The notes under the pieces were generated by a model that was not told where the DNA came from, did not search any database, and worked only from the letters and a program-made list of their open reading frames with translations. This document shows, piece by piece, positions 12,301 to 25,400 of a DNA stretch of 64,000 nucleotides. A program made the position numbers and the translations under genes. Source of the stretch: Nageia nagi (Eukaryota > Plantae > Pinophyta); the NCBI GenBank assembly GCA_050084985.1, contig JBITNC010000001.1:138632001-138696000 (forward strand). The letters are read 5' to 3'. Every line of letters starts with the position of its first letter. Within the stretch, counting starts at the first letter, position 1.

Positions 12301-14430
12301 ACAAGGTTCTTCATAGATATGAACATGTTCTCTAATTTATTGGGAGGAAGAAAAATTATCTTAATGTATGCTTTTATTAATATATTTCTAAATTATAACT
12401 TAAACACTTGGTATAAGGAAGGTAGGTTACCCCTATGTATGAATTAGTATTAATATAGTCTAGCCTCTCATTTATTTTTTCTCTTTCTATCTTATTTCAT
12501 GCATGTCTAATTGATTTAGGAGAATAACCATTACTCAGTAGTGCTTTAGTTAGATGCATTTTCTCCTTATGTATAAGGTAATTATATGACTTTTGCTACC
12601 TCAAGGGAGTTTGTTTATAAGGACATAAGGGTTAATCCTAATTTGGACACACATGGTGCTCTGGGTGGTATTTCATTACATCAATTTTGTGTGCTTTTAA
12701 TTATGAGATACCTTGAGGTGTGATTGCTCACCTTGCATCTATTTTTAATGACGTTGGGGTCATTCTAGCCTATGGAGCTACTTTATCATGGGAAGATAAG
12801 AGGATGGAAACCCTTTACTATTCATTTCACTCTCATTTGTTTATAAATTTAAGTATCCATAGGTACAAAGGAAGTCTTTGTATTCATGATTTTGCATTCC
12901 TTATGAAGAGACCTATGCATTATTTTTCTTTTCATCAATTTATATGTTTTTGGAATTAGACAATCATTGGGATTCAAATCACAACAAAAGCATAATTTTA
13001 GTAATTTTTTTGTAGGATATTTTAATGGTTCATGAATTCTTTAGGCTGGTTAAGAGTGTAAAGTTCTAAATAGAAACTAAAGTAATAATTAGCAAATTCA
13101 AACTAGTAAACCCAGATGTTAGGCTTAGAGAATCAATTTCAAGTATACAAACCTTTGATATTGCAATGTTAAGGCTACAAAATCCACTTTAAGTTATTAC
13201 AATCCAAATATACCAATGTCTAAGCTATGGCTTTAGTATCAAATATTAACAATACCCATATGGTAATGTATGGCCAATATAAGAATACATCAATGAATAA
13301 CACTCTACAATACCAATATTTAGTAAATATAAATATATATAAGCAATGGTAATCCAATGATACATATAATAAGTATACACAATAAAATGTTTGAGATCCA
13401 ATTCCCCAATAGACATATGTATGATATAAAATGATAACAATACAATACCAAGCCTAATACGGCTGATGTTGACCTCCATGGAGCCAACTAGGATATAAAT
13501 GAATGCCTTTCACTATTGGAATAATATCATAACCATCAAATAGTACACTCCCTTTGAATTTGAATGCTCTTGATTAAAGGATACCTCCTCAAACCTTGGC
13601 TAACCATTGAAGGTAGTTCAACTATACCTCAAAACACCACTAGATGGGCATGGATGTTGCATCATTACTATAGAAGAATAGGATCCCTTATCCTAATATC
13701 CCTCCTAGATATTGTACCTAGTGGATATGCTTAGAGATGTTAAGTCTTCTTATCCTCTATATGATATGAAGTATAAAAATAAATAGGTATATCTGGTAAT
13801 GAGGCTTTAATGTTTTTTATATACTTGCTCTATACATATCTCACATAAGAGTCACCACCTTGCTTATTTAATCTAATGTTGGCTTTATGGGGGTCTAAAA
13901 TATCCAACATGGGTGCCTAGAGGTTATGCATGCCAAAAATCATTTAATCCTAATAGAAGTGGTTGTTGAAGGTGAAATGCAACTTCCATATTCTTCATCT
14001 CATATGGTAGTATGATGTAGACTACTAAAGCCTCATGCCTATGCTTGAATATAACTTGCAAACACCCTATTTTGCTATAATTATCATTGCTCATTAGTTG
14101 CTCCATTGTAGTTCTCAGCATACATGAAGGTGTATGTGTATTAATGTGGGTATGTGCCTTCAATAACCTTAACAAAATCATATATAAGTCAAAACAAGTT
14201 AGGCTCTCGCTCTTCAAATGAAACCAATCCTCCCCCAAGCATAACATGGGATTCTATTCTTTGTAATCATGGGCTATGTATCCCAAGACTCCACCTCTCA
14301 ACATGGCATGCAAGATTACCACCTAATCCAATATCAAGTGCATAAACTCTTCCAAGTTCAATATAGAAAAACCAACATATCCTCATACCAACCATTAGGT
14401 GCTCAAATCACTTAAAATTGAACATAATAA

Positions 14431-14700
14431 GCCTAGCATCTCCAAGGCTCCATGTGGGATGCTAAGACTTTCTAAAGCTCATTTTGGGATGCCTAGTTGT
14501 CCTAAAGTTGAATGTGAGATGAAAACTCTCTCTAAGGCTCAATATTTGATGGTGAGTCTCCCAGGTACCCAACATAGGATGTCTAGTATCTCCTATGCTC
14601 CGCTTCTGATGATAAATCCTTTAGATACCAAATAAAGGGTGGAGATCCCTTCTAATTACTAACATGGTATACCTAGCTCCTCCAATATCCAACATAGCCC
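14431..14700. repeat. Diverged 30-bp minisatellite, ~9 units, inside the gypsy element
   Basis: Exact 30-nt period, e.g. gcctagcatctccaaggctccatgtgggat / gctaagactttctaaagctcattttgggat / gcctagttgtcctaaagttgaatgtgagat. Confidence 0.75.
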
Positions 14701-16926
14701 CTCTAAACTATTTAGGCTATAACAAGGAGCATAGAAGGTCCCCACTACCCTTCATCTCCTATTAGACCTCCTCTTCTCTCAATATGGCCCCATCTTCTAC
14801 TTCCTCATTATTTTGACACAACTCATTTATTTCTATCCACTTATTATTTACTTATGGATAATCATATCTAATCCCCTGCAATGTGTGGGCCTTCCCATTA
14901 ATCTCAAAACTCATAGTGAGTTTTTGATTATTGGTGTAAATATCACCTAAATTAAATAGCCATTTCACTCCCAAGATAATGTGAGGATACCCCTTCAAGG
15001 GGTAGATGTAAAAACCCTCCCTCACTATACAACTCTATAATATCACAACAAACTTCTCAATAGTGTGATCTACTAGTGTGAGCTTACCATTGGTGTTGGA
15101 AAATTTGAATCTCTCAAACCCTTAGGCCTTTAGATTCTTCCATTCTACAAAGCTTACATCGATGAAATGGTGGGATGCTCCTGGATCGATCAAGACCATC
15201 ACATCCTATCCTCATGATTTCCTAATGATGTTTAGCATGAGGTACTTCTTCATTCCATGTAGTGAGGTGATCATGCTCCCTAATTTGCCCTTAGCCCGAG
15301 GTACCACCTTATCTAGGGTGTCTACTCCAATCTCCTCATATATATCATCTAACTCATGCTCTAAAAATACCTCTATGTAATACACCTATACCTTGCATTG
15401 ATAATGATATCTTGGCTCACAACTCTTCTTATAATAGAAGCACTTTCCCTCCTCTCTTAGCTTCCTTCATGTGGCTGTATCTAACTAATTTGTTCAAGGT
15501 GGGTGAAAGGGTTTAACCTTACTAGGCCCATATTTATTGGAAAGAGGCTTTTATGTGACTAGCCCATTGTATGTATTCCCTTCCTTGAGAAATTTTACCA
15601 TTGGCTCCATATCATAAGTAGCCTAAATAGCATGATCAAGGTTCCTAGGAGAGGATGCCTTGATGATTTCTTGCAATGGCTCCATCAAACCTTCAATGAA
15701 GAGGAATATCAACCTCTCGTTAGGAATGTGATGAATCATCACTACAATCTTTTGAAACTCTCTCATATACTCATCCACCAATCTATGTTACCTTAATCAT
15801 ATCAAATCTTGTTTTGATCAAACCTCTTGATCAACCATCAAGAAAAATCATCAAAGGAGGTGATGAGTGAATAACCGTAGCTAATCACTCCATTCTGTCA
15901 CCACTCTAGGGAATCACCCTCAAAATACAAAGATGAAAAATGAATTATATACTCCTCCATAATATTAGGGCTCAAGGTAAAATAAGTTTGTTGGTGATGC
16001 AACCATGCTCTAGTTGTTGTCTTCTTCTTATCATATATTTATACCTATATCTTATTGATCTTCTACTATAAGTCCCTATTATCATTCCATGATCTATTTG
16101 GAGTATGCAGATGATGTGAACTAATCTCTTCCAATCCTAGGATTTCTATGTAGCCTCTAAAATTGACACCTCTTCTCAATGCTAGATCCAAAATGTAATA
16201 CTCCCTAAAAATCTAATTCAACTCCAATGAACCAAGTACCCTATTCTTTGCCTCTTCCCCAAACTTATTCATGAATATAGGTTTGTATAGATTTGGAATG
16301 ATAGGCTACTCATCCATCCTACCAACTACCTCCTCCATAGGCCTCCATAGGAGAGGGTTTGTACCCTAGAATTATTGATGTGAGTGGGATATAAAAAATG
16401 TGGGCTCTAGATGCCCCATGGAGCCATGGTAAGTCGACTCTTGATATCTCAAACTATAGGACCTCCCCATGCTCAGCCCATTATCTACCCTATCCTCCTT
16501 ATGAGGTTTCTTTCTATCATATTTAGTAGAATGTGGGAGGCTAATCTATCTCTCAAGCTCATCATGAACCCCCATATGCCTATTTAGTTACTACTACATG
16601 GTGGTAACAACTTCAATCATGTTATGAATTATCAAAATGAGCTCATCAAACTTTTGTTCAAGGGTGGATTCTAGAATCAAAGTTGGTTTCCTCCTTATGG
16701 TGATCCTCAATATCTCCCTCAACCCCTCCTCTTCCTCTTTTAATATTCTTTCATTTTGCACCTTATTCCTCCATTACTACTAATCCTCCTCATGGATGAC
16801 CATAGAAGGTATCTCCTTAGTATATGACCTTTAAGTTTTCCTAGTAGATGCCATCTCTATTCGAGTGCTAGATTTGGTTTAGTAACAATGAACTATAGGT
16901 ATCATACATAGTTTGGCTAGATCCAA

Positions 16927-16938
16927 GCTCTAATACCA
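16927..16938 (-). other. Primer-binding site (initiator tRNA-Met type)
   Basis: Minus strand TGGTATTAGAGC, one mismatch from canonical TGGTATCAGAGC, 1 nt inside the LTR-like repeat. Confidence 0.75.
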
Positions 16939-18009
16939 CTATAAAGGTCCAAACACAACCTCAAGTAATAATCAACAAATTCAAACAAGTAAACCTTGAT
17001 GTCAAGCCTAGGAAATCAATTTCAAGTAAAATCATCAATATTGCATCATTAGGTTAAGGTCATCGACTTTAAGTTATTATAATGTTAATATGCTAATGTC
17101 AAAGCTAGGGCTTTAGTATTAAGCATTAACAATACCTAGATGGTAACATCTCACCCATACTAGCAAACATTAATGAAAAGTAGTCTAGAGTCTAGCCAAT
17201 GTAAACATATACAAGCAATGGTAATGCAAATATGCATAATAAAAGTATACACAACTTACATTATGAGATCCAATACCATAAAAGATGTATGTATGATATA
17301 AAATGATAATAATACAATACTAGGCCCAATAAGGCTGATGTTGGTCTCCAAGGAGCCAACTAGGGCATAACTGAATGTCTCTCACTACCAAAAAGATATC
17401 AAAACTATGGGATATTATGCTCCCTCAAAATATAAATCCTCTCCATTGAAGGAGCCCTCCTCAAACCTTGTACTACTATCAAAAGGATGATTTGCATCCT
17501 TTATAAAATTCAAAATTAAATTGTGCCCTCCCATGTCAACATGCATCATTTTATTTTTTTTTCCATTTTTTTACTTTTTTGATATAAATTCCAAAGCAAA
17601 TTTTTATGTGGGTAGGATGGGTACAATAAATGTCAATGTAAGGGTATAGGAGTACCACACATACCCATGTGGGTCAAGGAGTCATACGTGGGGTCTTGGT
17701 ATCAAGATGGACCAACATGGGGATATAGGAGCCTCCCTAAGGTTGGTGCATGCATGTAGGTCTCTATCCATTCATCTAAGTGTAATAATAGAACTTGGGA
17801 TTCCTACAATCATGATCTATATCTCCATGTATAATAATAACTCCTAATCTAAGCTTAGGAGGGAGATGTCCGACTTGAGGCTCATAAGGGGCTACATTGA
17901 CCCATAAGTCTTCTATTCAAAGTCATAAACATGAAAGTACAAGGTATGAATAAAATATATTACAAGAGGAACCTATTAGATTCCATGATTAATTACATCT
18001 TTGCAAATA

Positions 18010-19560
18010 TTAATGATTAGCATTAGACACTTCCTATACTTTCCTCCTATGAATGAATCACTAAGATGATGAATTCATGACATCATAAGATTTACCTATT
18101 CTAATTCTAAAAGTTAGGAGTCATGTCATAGAATTATAAATTATCTTTTTTTATGAAGAGACCTATGCATTGTGTTTCTTCTCATCAAATTTTATGTTAT
18201 TACAAATGGACACCTACATGCATTCAAAGCCTAGGTAGCACATAATTACAATAGATTTTCCTTGGGAGAGTTTAATGGTTTATGAATACTCAAGGCTGAT
18301 TAAGGGCATTCAAGATTCAAGAGGGAAGCCTCATTCACTTTGGCCATCTATATAGAGCAAAATATACATATTACTAATTTCTATCAAAACATATATTAAA
18401 CAATGCTCAAACTCTATTGTATTATGAAATATTTGATACATCTAAAAGGCATTATCCTATTCCCGAAGCTCTCTTCAACAAAATCAAGCTTATAAATATT
18501 TAGAAGACCACAATATCATAATTACTACAAGCTTCTTGGAAGCATGTTTACAAAATATACAACATGCCAAACTTCAAGAATATAAGAAATATGAAAATCA
18601 AGTTTGTTCTTCTTATCATGTAGACTTTCTTAGCAAGGCATTCAAAGAGTTCAAAAGTTATTGTACAAGATATTAATTACAATTATGAGAAAAAATATTT
18701 CTCATCATAGGTGTGTTGGTATGTCTCATTAAGCAAGTAGCCATAATTATTGTCTTAGGCACTAAATTATACTATTGCATTTCATTGAATTCATTAAAGT
18801 CATTTTTGTTATCTTTTAATGATTTGAAAGTATGGAATAATGATTGGACTAGATAAGGGTGTTTGTTTCTCCATTGTGCTTAAAGGTTAAATATTAACAT
18901 TAGACACATCATGTACTTGCCTTGTATGAATGAACATTACTAAGATGATGAGTTCATCAAATTAGAATATTTTTTTATTCTAATTTAAAATACTGGTGAT
19001 TATTTCAGATAATTATGGATTTTCATTCCTTGTGAGAAGACCACTGCATCACTTTTCTCTTCATGAAATTCTATGTTATTGGAAATGGAAACCTATTGGG
19101 ATTCAAAGCATAGATGGCACATAATTAAAACAAATTTTCCTCAAGAAAGTTTAATAGTTAATGAATACTTAACGTTCATTAAGGGTATCCAAGATTCAAG
19201 AGGGAAGCCTTATTCACTTTTGCCCTCTATATCTATGAAAATACAAATATTGTAAATGTTGTTAAAACACCTATTGAAGAGTACTCAAACATTCATGCAT
19301 TGTAAATAATTTGATACATCTAAATGACATTATCATATTCCCTAAGCTCTCTTTAACAAAATCAAAGCTTACAAATATTTAGAAGACTTCAATATCAACA
19401 CTACTACAAGCTTCTTAGAAGCGTATTTACAAAATGGCCAACATTAAAATTTACAAGAGACTAAGAAATACAAAAATTAAGTTTGTTCTTCTTGTCACAT
19501 AGAATTTCTAAGTACAGTGTTCAAAGAGTTCCAAAATTATCATGGAAGTCATTAATTATG
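18010..19560. repeat. Old tandem duplication, period ~880 bp
   Basis: ~18010-18680 is similar to ~18890-19560 (shared caagattcaagagggaagcc, ctacaagcttctt, ttcaaagagtt). Partial related copies at ~12880-13056 and ~45100-45271. Confidence 0.8.
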
Positions 19561-19574
19561 CCAATGATGGCTAT

Positions 19575-20096
19575 TAGACCATGCCCGATGATGAAATGAA
19601 ATTAGGCCATTGATTTACTATGTAATTGCATGGGTTGTATTGGGGAGACATATTTTCTCTTGTAAAATTACATAGTAAGCATCTTCTATAAAGAGTTATG
19701 GGAAAACTTTTTGATCAATTATTGTTGATTACTCTCAGACCATGCTTGATGATGAAATTAAGTTGAGCCATTGGTTTACTATATGAGCACATGGGTTGTA
19801 TTGAGGACATGTATCTTCTATTGCATAATAAAGACAACCCAAATGATGATAATGTTGGGGGTTTATCAAATTCTTATCAGTGCAAATGCCCACTACTCAC
19901 ATCACAATCAATTAATCCCTCTCCCATTGGAAAATAGGGAAATACTACATTCATTGCTACCATACCAAAAGATGATGAGTCCTTTACTCCTTCCACTCCT
20001 CACACCACCAATCAATTAATCCCTCTCAAATCAAAAAATAAAGAAATACTACATTCATTGCTACCATCTTGGCACATGATGAGTCCTATACTCTTC
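19575..20096. repeat. Two adjacent short diverged direct repeats (periods ~161 and ~104 bp)
   Basis: agaccatgc..gatgatgaaat..catgggttgtattg at ~19575 and ~19736. caatcaattaatccctctc..gaaatactacattcattgctaccat..atgatgagtcct at ~19905 and ~20009. Confidence 0.8.
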
Positions 20097-21799
20097 ATAG
20101 CCCTGATTTGAATTATGCGAAGGTTACGATGCTAGAACAAGATGAGTCTTATAGTTCTTACAATCTTATTTTAAATTTTTTCCAACACTTATAGGTGCCA
20201 AGAGTGGACATGTGGTAGTAGAGGTGAAAGGTATACATAGGACCCAGATCAAACCAATAAAGTAGTCTTGATGTCCATATGAAGGTAAATACCAAGACCA
20301 AAATGTAGGAGCTAGATTGAGACTTTAATGGGGGTCTAAGTGCCATGTTGTTGGGATTTGGATGGTAGGTTGGTAGGAAGTGTTGGTAGTGCCAAGAGTT
20401 GATCGATAGAGCTGAAGGTGTTGGTGTGTTGGGCATAGGCTGATGGAGCTATGGGTAATAGAAGTAGGCTAATATAGATGTGGGTATCAAGATACTACAA
20501 GTAGGCTAATCAAGCTATTGGTACTATGAGGTTGAATACACTTCCATGGATTGAATTTTGACAACTAAGGAAAATAAGGTAAAAGCTAGTGAGAATAAGT
20601 GCCAATGATTAAAGATAAAAGCTCATGCTCCTAGTAGAGGATGTCAACAATTGTATTGTGATCAAAGTTTTAAATATTATGGTATCTTGGTAGTCCAAAA
20701 AAAGATTGACGTGAGTTTGAAGATTGAGAACCATAACATGCAGAGGATTTGGGCATCGATGTACATTATCAAGCAAAGTAGGCCCTAACACATGATGTTA
20801 ATGACCCTAGATATGCAAGAAAAAATTAAGTCTGATGAGTTTTCCTATGATATACCCATTTCACTTCATTGTAATAGCTAGAGTATACTTTGTTCAGTTT
20901 ATCTTAACAAAATCAATGGGTGAGCATATTGGTTTTCCCTACCTCTATGAAATGGATATTGAAATAAAGTATCACTTTATATCTATTTAGATAATCCTAC
21001 CATTAAAATTATATTATAAATGATAAAGAAATTATTTTATCCATGAAAAATTCAAGAAGGGAGCCCTTATTATAGGATTCTACCAATATAATAGAAAATG
21101 GGAGTAGTTACCTTAAATATATTTATGAAACAATGATAGTTCCCTCTTCCTTTATACAAGGAGGATTAAGATTTTTTGGGATTTAGATATTCAATTATGT
21201 GAGAAAAATTGAAGAAAAAATATAATAAACATGCAAACAAAAAGAATGCAAAATTTGATAAGGTTCACTCAACAACTCATTGAGCTACATCCCCATAGAA
21301 GCACTAGCACTTACATCTTTGTTTCCTATAATAAATATAATGTATAAAAGAAAGGAAGAACTATGAAACATTCCTTATTGTAACACCCACTCTATCTCCA
21401 TATAGTACATCATGCAACCAACATCTTCTTAGACATGAGTTATCCTTACCCATAACCATGTAATCTTTATCACAACTATAAGAAGAAGAGTGTTGAGCTA
21501 CTTTAAATAATGAGTAATCTATGATATGGCATCAATGTAGACTCTTCAAAATACCTCCTTACACTCACAATATAAAGTTACAATATTAGCTAAATTTATC
21601 ATCTCAAAAGCTTATAATAGAGAATTACATTAATAATATCTCTCCTAACATTATGTTAGCATTATAGCCAATGTATGTGAATATTGATATCAATTACTTT
21701 TTTGACATTACTGCCTCTAGTATTATATATAAAATGACCACACTATATTATTTTAGAATTTTATGTACTTTATTATTGATAGTAAGAATAAGCTAATAG

Positions 21800-22430
21800 C
21801 CAAAATTTCTATGACTACAAATAAGATATTTACTCTTATCATTGAGAAGAGTTTGCATTTAAGTTTCAATACCATAGTATAAGATTTAAAATGAATATAG
21901 AATATTATATTTGGTCATTTAAATCTTAGTGAACTAAAAATTTTACTTAAGAGGAACATGGCAATAGGTTTAGTGCTCATCCAAAGGCTAGATGCAGAAT
22001 GTGAGGGATGCATAATAAGAAAATACCATAGAGAATCATTTCTAATAGGAAGGTCTTAGAGAGCTATTAGATATAGTACACTTAGATCTATTTAGACCAT
22101 TTGAATTTACTTCATTATTAGGCATGATGCATTTCTTAACATTTATTGATGATTATAGTAGGAAGCTCTAGGTATATCCATTAAAACAAAAATCTAAAAC
22201 TTTGAAAAAATTTAAATGATTAGTTGAGAAGTAAAATAGTTATTTATCAAACTTTTAAGAACTAATAGAGATGGAGAGTACATATCATACTAATTTTAGA
22301 ATTTTTGTATTAAGAATGACTTAAAAATGTAGCTAACAACCAAGGACACTCCTCAATAAAATGACATAGTTGAGAGGAAGAGTAGAAAAATGGTAGATAC
22401 AGTAAGGGGATGTTTAAAGCTAATAATCTA
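21800..22430 (+). mobile_element. Ty1/copia integrase fragment (degenerate)
   Basis: FGHLN (~21910), CEGCI...HRESF, IVHLDL, FLTFIDDYSRK, LRTNRDGEY, TPQ*NDIVERK. Confidence 0.85.
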
Positions 22431-22489
22431 CCTAATTATCCATTAATATTTGCTCATCATATCCCTTACAAGCATAAATGAAGCAATCT

Positions 22490-25400
22490 AAACCCTCTTA
22501 TCATAAAATCTTCCATACTTTCAAGTTTCTCTTTGTTTCCTATGGTGAAGATAGTTCAATTCCTAGTAAGTCTCCTCCAATTCTTCTTTCCTATCTAGCC
22601 TTGATTTTCTCCTAATAGCTTTGCATCACTAGGTTCCTTCCCTACTCTTATTTTGAATACAAACTTATGCCTTGACTTCCTACTACATGCAATGGCTTCA
22701 CATGAAATAGATGATCTAACTATTCTTACTACAAATGTAACTTCTATGGGTTCAACATACCCATAGAAATAATTCTTGATTTGACTCTCATATCCTTCAT
22801 AAAAAATCATAGTTAGATCATCTACATTTAAATCATATTATAAAATATGTTTTTAAATTATTCAAGAATTTAAAATATATGTACCTCTTTAGCACATTCA
22901 ATAATTAATAAGAAGTATGATAGTTTAGGAGTGTTAAATACATATAATGAACTGGTATACATCTTGAATACATCTACATAATACATTGCTAAAGAAAAAT
23001 GATTACCATATTTATACCAATAATACAAATACTCTTTATTTAAAAAAATGTATTTAAGAATATTCATATAGAATAATATTAGTTGTATCCCATTAACATA
23101 TTCATAACAATGTGAATCCTTACAAGTTAGAACATAATCCAATTTTCTTATGGTTTTTTTGGTTATTTGTCTTCTTTCTTCCTGATTATTGAAACTTGAT
23201 TATTTTAATATAACCATAAATATAACATTGTATTAATAAAAACAAAATTGACATTTTTTACTGGTAAAATAATAAAAATTTAATATTAATACTTATTGCA
23301 TATAATAAATAGAATAAGTTATATGCTTAAGATATTAATCAATATGATAATTAAGAATAGAATTTAATAAATACATCAAACCATTGAAAATTTGAAAGAA
23401 AAATAATAAATTTGGATAATTGTTTGTATGCAGCATCACATAGGTGACATGAATGGTGATCTTTTCAATTAGTTGTATGATTTGGATAATATATTGATGC
23501 TTATCCAATGCCAAATAGTTGCATTCTTAGTTGAAAAGATGAATCAAAATAAATATGAATATAATTCATTATGTAATATCATCAAAATTGCCAATCGACC
23601 AATGTTTGTAGGAGATATACCAAAAAAATAGCTCTCAGACTCTGAAAGTGACAAGATATTCAAAAAGTATTATTAAATCTTATTTATAAGAAAAAGAGGC
23701 CACATTGTATCATAATATAGGCTAAATACTATGGTAGTTAAAGGAGAGAGAAAAGATTTCATAAAAAGAGAAGAAAGGGATAGCTCTAGATTGATGGACT
23801 AATTGACAAAATAAAATAAATGAGCCACCTAATCCTTTTTTAAAGGGAAAAGGATAACACATGGAATCCTAGTGTTGGCTGATCTTATAGTGATGCAGAG
23901 GCATATTTATACCATACAAAAGCATCGTAATGGCTCTATGTTTCCTCCATGCAATAGCAGCATGCCCCCACACCAATAGTAAAAATCTTGAAACTCACCG
24001 AAACATTTTACATACCATTTTTTAGGGTCAAATTCATCTTTTTAATTTTTAAATTTTTTGTTAAAATCACCTTTTATATGAATTTGATTTATAAAAATTT
24101 TTTTATGTGACTTTTGATGTAGGGCTTTGAAAATGAACCTTGTTCTTCATCCATGAGAAAATGGTTGAATATACAAATTTTTCATGAGCTAAAATCCACA
24201 TTTCACCCAACTACTATTAATCCTCATTTCATAGAAATCTTATCTAGAATATGATAATATATAAAAATGCTTATTCTTTACTATCAATCATTATAATTAC
24301 ATCTTGATTGAAAATTACCTTCAAACTTCATACTTTGGCTTGACCTTTCAAATCGTATTGCTCAAGTGCTATGTGTATCTTGTGAGTAGATTTTTTATTA
24401 GTATTCCACCTCTGAAGAAAAATAACAAGCATAGTGTGATCCTCCCCACTCAAGCCACCCTCACTTAAGAATAGGTAGCTTATCCTTAGAATCTTTCTTA
24501 TTATTCTCATAATCAAAGTTCCATTACTTTAAGGGTTCATTTTTATGAGGAATCTTCAGTTTCTTTATTGGTTAAAGTTTTGTGTACCTTCATTCATGTT
24601 CTAAATGAACTTTTTTTCTTTTATCTCTTAGACCAAACCTTGGATTTCTTACCCAAGTTATCATTCGTAATACTCAAGATAGATCTTCCTAAAAGTTTAG
24701 TTGCTTTCCTCTTTCCTATCCATGTCATATGGCTTTTGGTTGCTTTCTTTCTTCCTAGCCATGTCATATGAAGTAATATAAAACCCCCTAACATAAAATC
24801 TTCCATACTTTTAGGTTTCTCTTCGTTTCCTATGGTGAAGCTAGTTCAATTCTTATTAAGTCTCCAACTATTCTTCTTTCCTATCTAGCCTTGATTTTCT
24901 CCTAATTGGTCTGCATCACTATGTTCCTTCCCTACTCTTATTTTGAATACAAACATATGCCTTGGCTTCCCTCTACATGAAATGACTTCACATGAAATAA
25001 ATGATCTAACTATTATATAATGAGCTGGTATGCATCTTGAATACATCTACATAATACATTCCTAAAGGAAAATGATTACCATATTTATACCAATAATACA
25101 AATACTCTTTATTTAAAAAAATGTATTTAAGAATATTCATATAGAATAATATTAGTTGTATCCCATTAACATATTCATAACAATGTGAATCCTTACAAGT
25201 TAGAACATAATCCAATATTCTTATGGTTTTTTTGGTTATTTGTCTTCTTTCTTCCTAATTATTGAAACTTGATTATTTTAATATAACGATAAATATAACA
25301 TTGTATTAATAAAAACTAAATTCACATTCTTTACTACTAAAATAATAAAAATTTAATATTAATACTTATGGCATATAATAAATATAATATGTTATATGCT

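Larger units (their letters stand above)
13057..17896 (-). mobile_element. Degenerate Ty3/gypsy LTR retrotransposon (gag + protease; RT/integrase not seen)
   Basis: Related direct repeats 13057-~13615 and 16940-~17480 begin TGTAAAG/TATAAAG. PBS-like site at 16927-16938. Decayed Zn knuckle KLREEGKCFY..(C)K (~15400-15465), protease VLIDPGASHHFID (~15158-15199) and IILGVKWL (~14960-14980). Right boundary taken tentatively at GGGGCTACA 17896. No matching TSD. Confidence 0.75.

Noticed and set aside
20160-20930. Possible copia gag/protease remnant on the minus strand
   Set aside because: Only vague similarity (e.g. WFDLG); no motif strong enough to call.
21190-21650. Possible copia solo LTR (similar aggttcac.caa motif at ~61010)
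   Set aside because: No clear TG...CA boundaries with TSD could be established.
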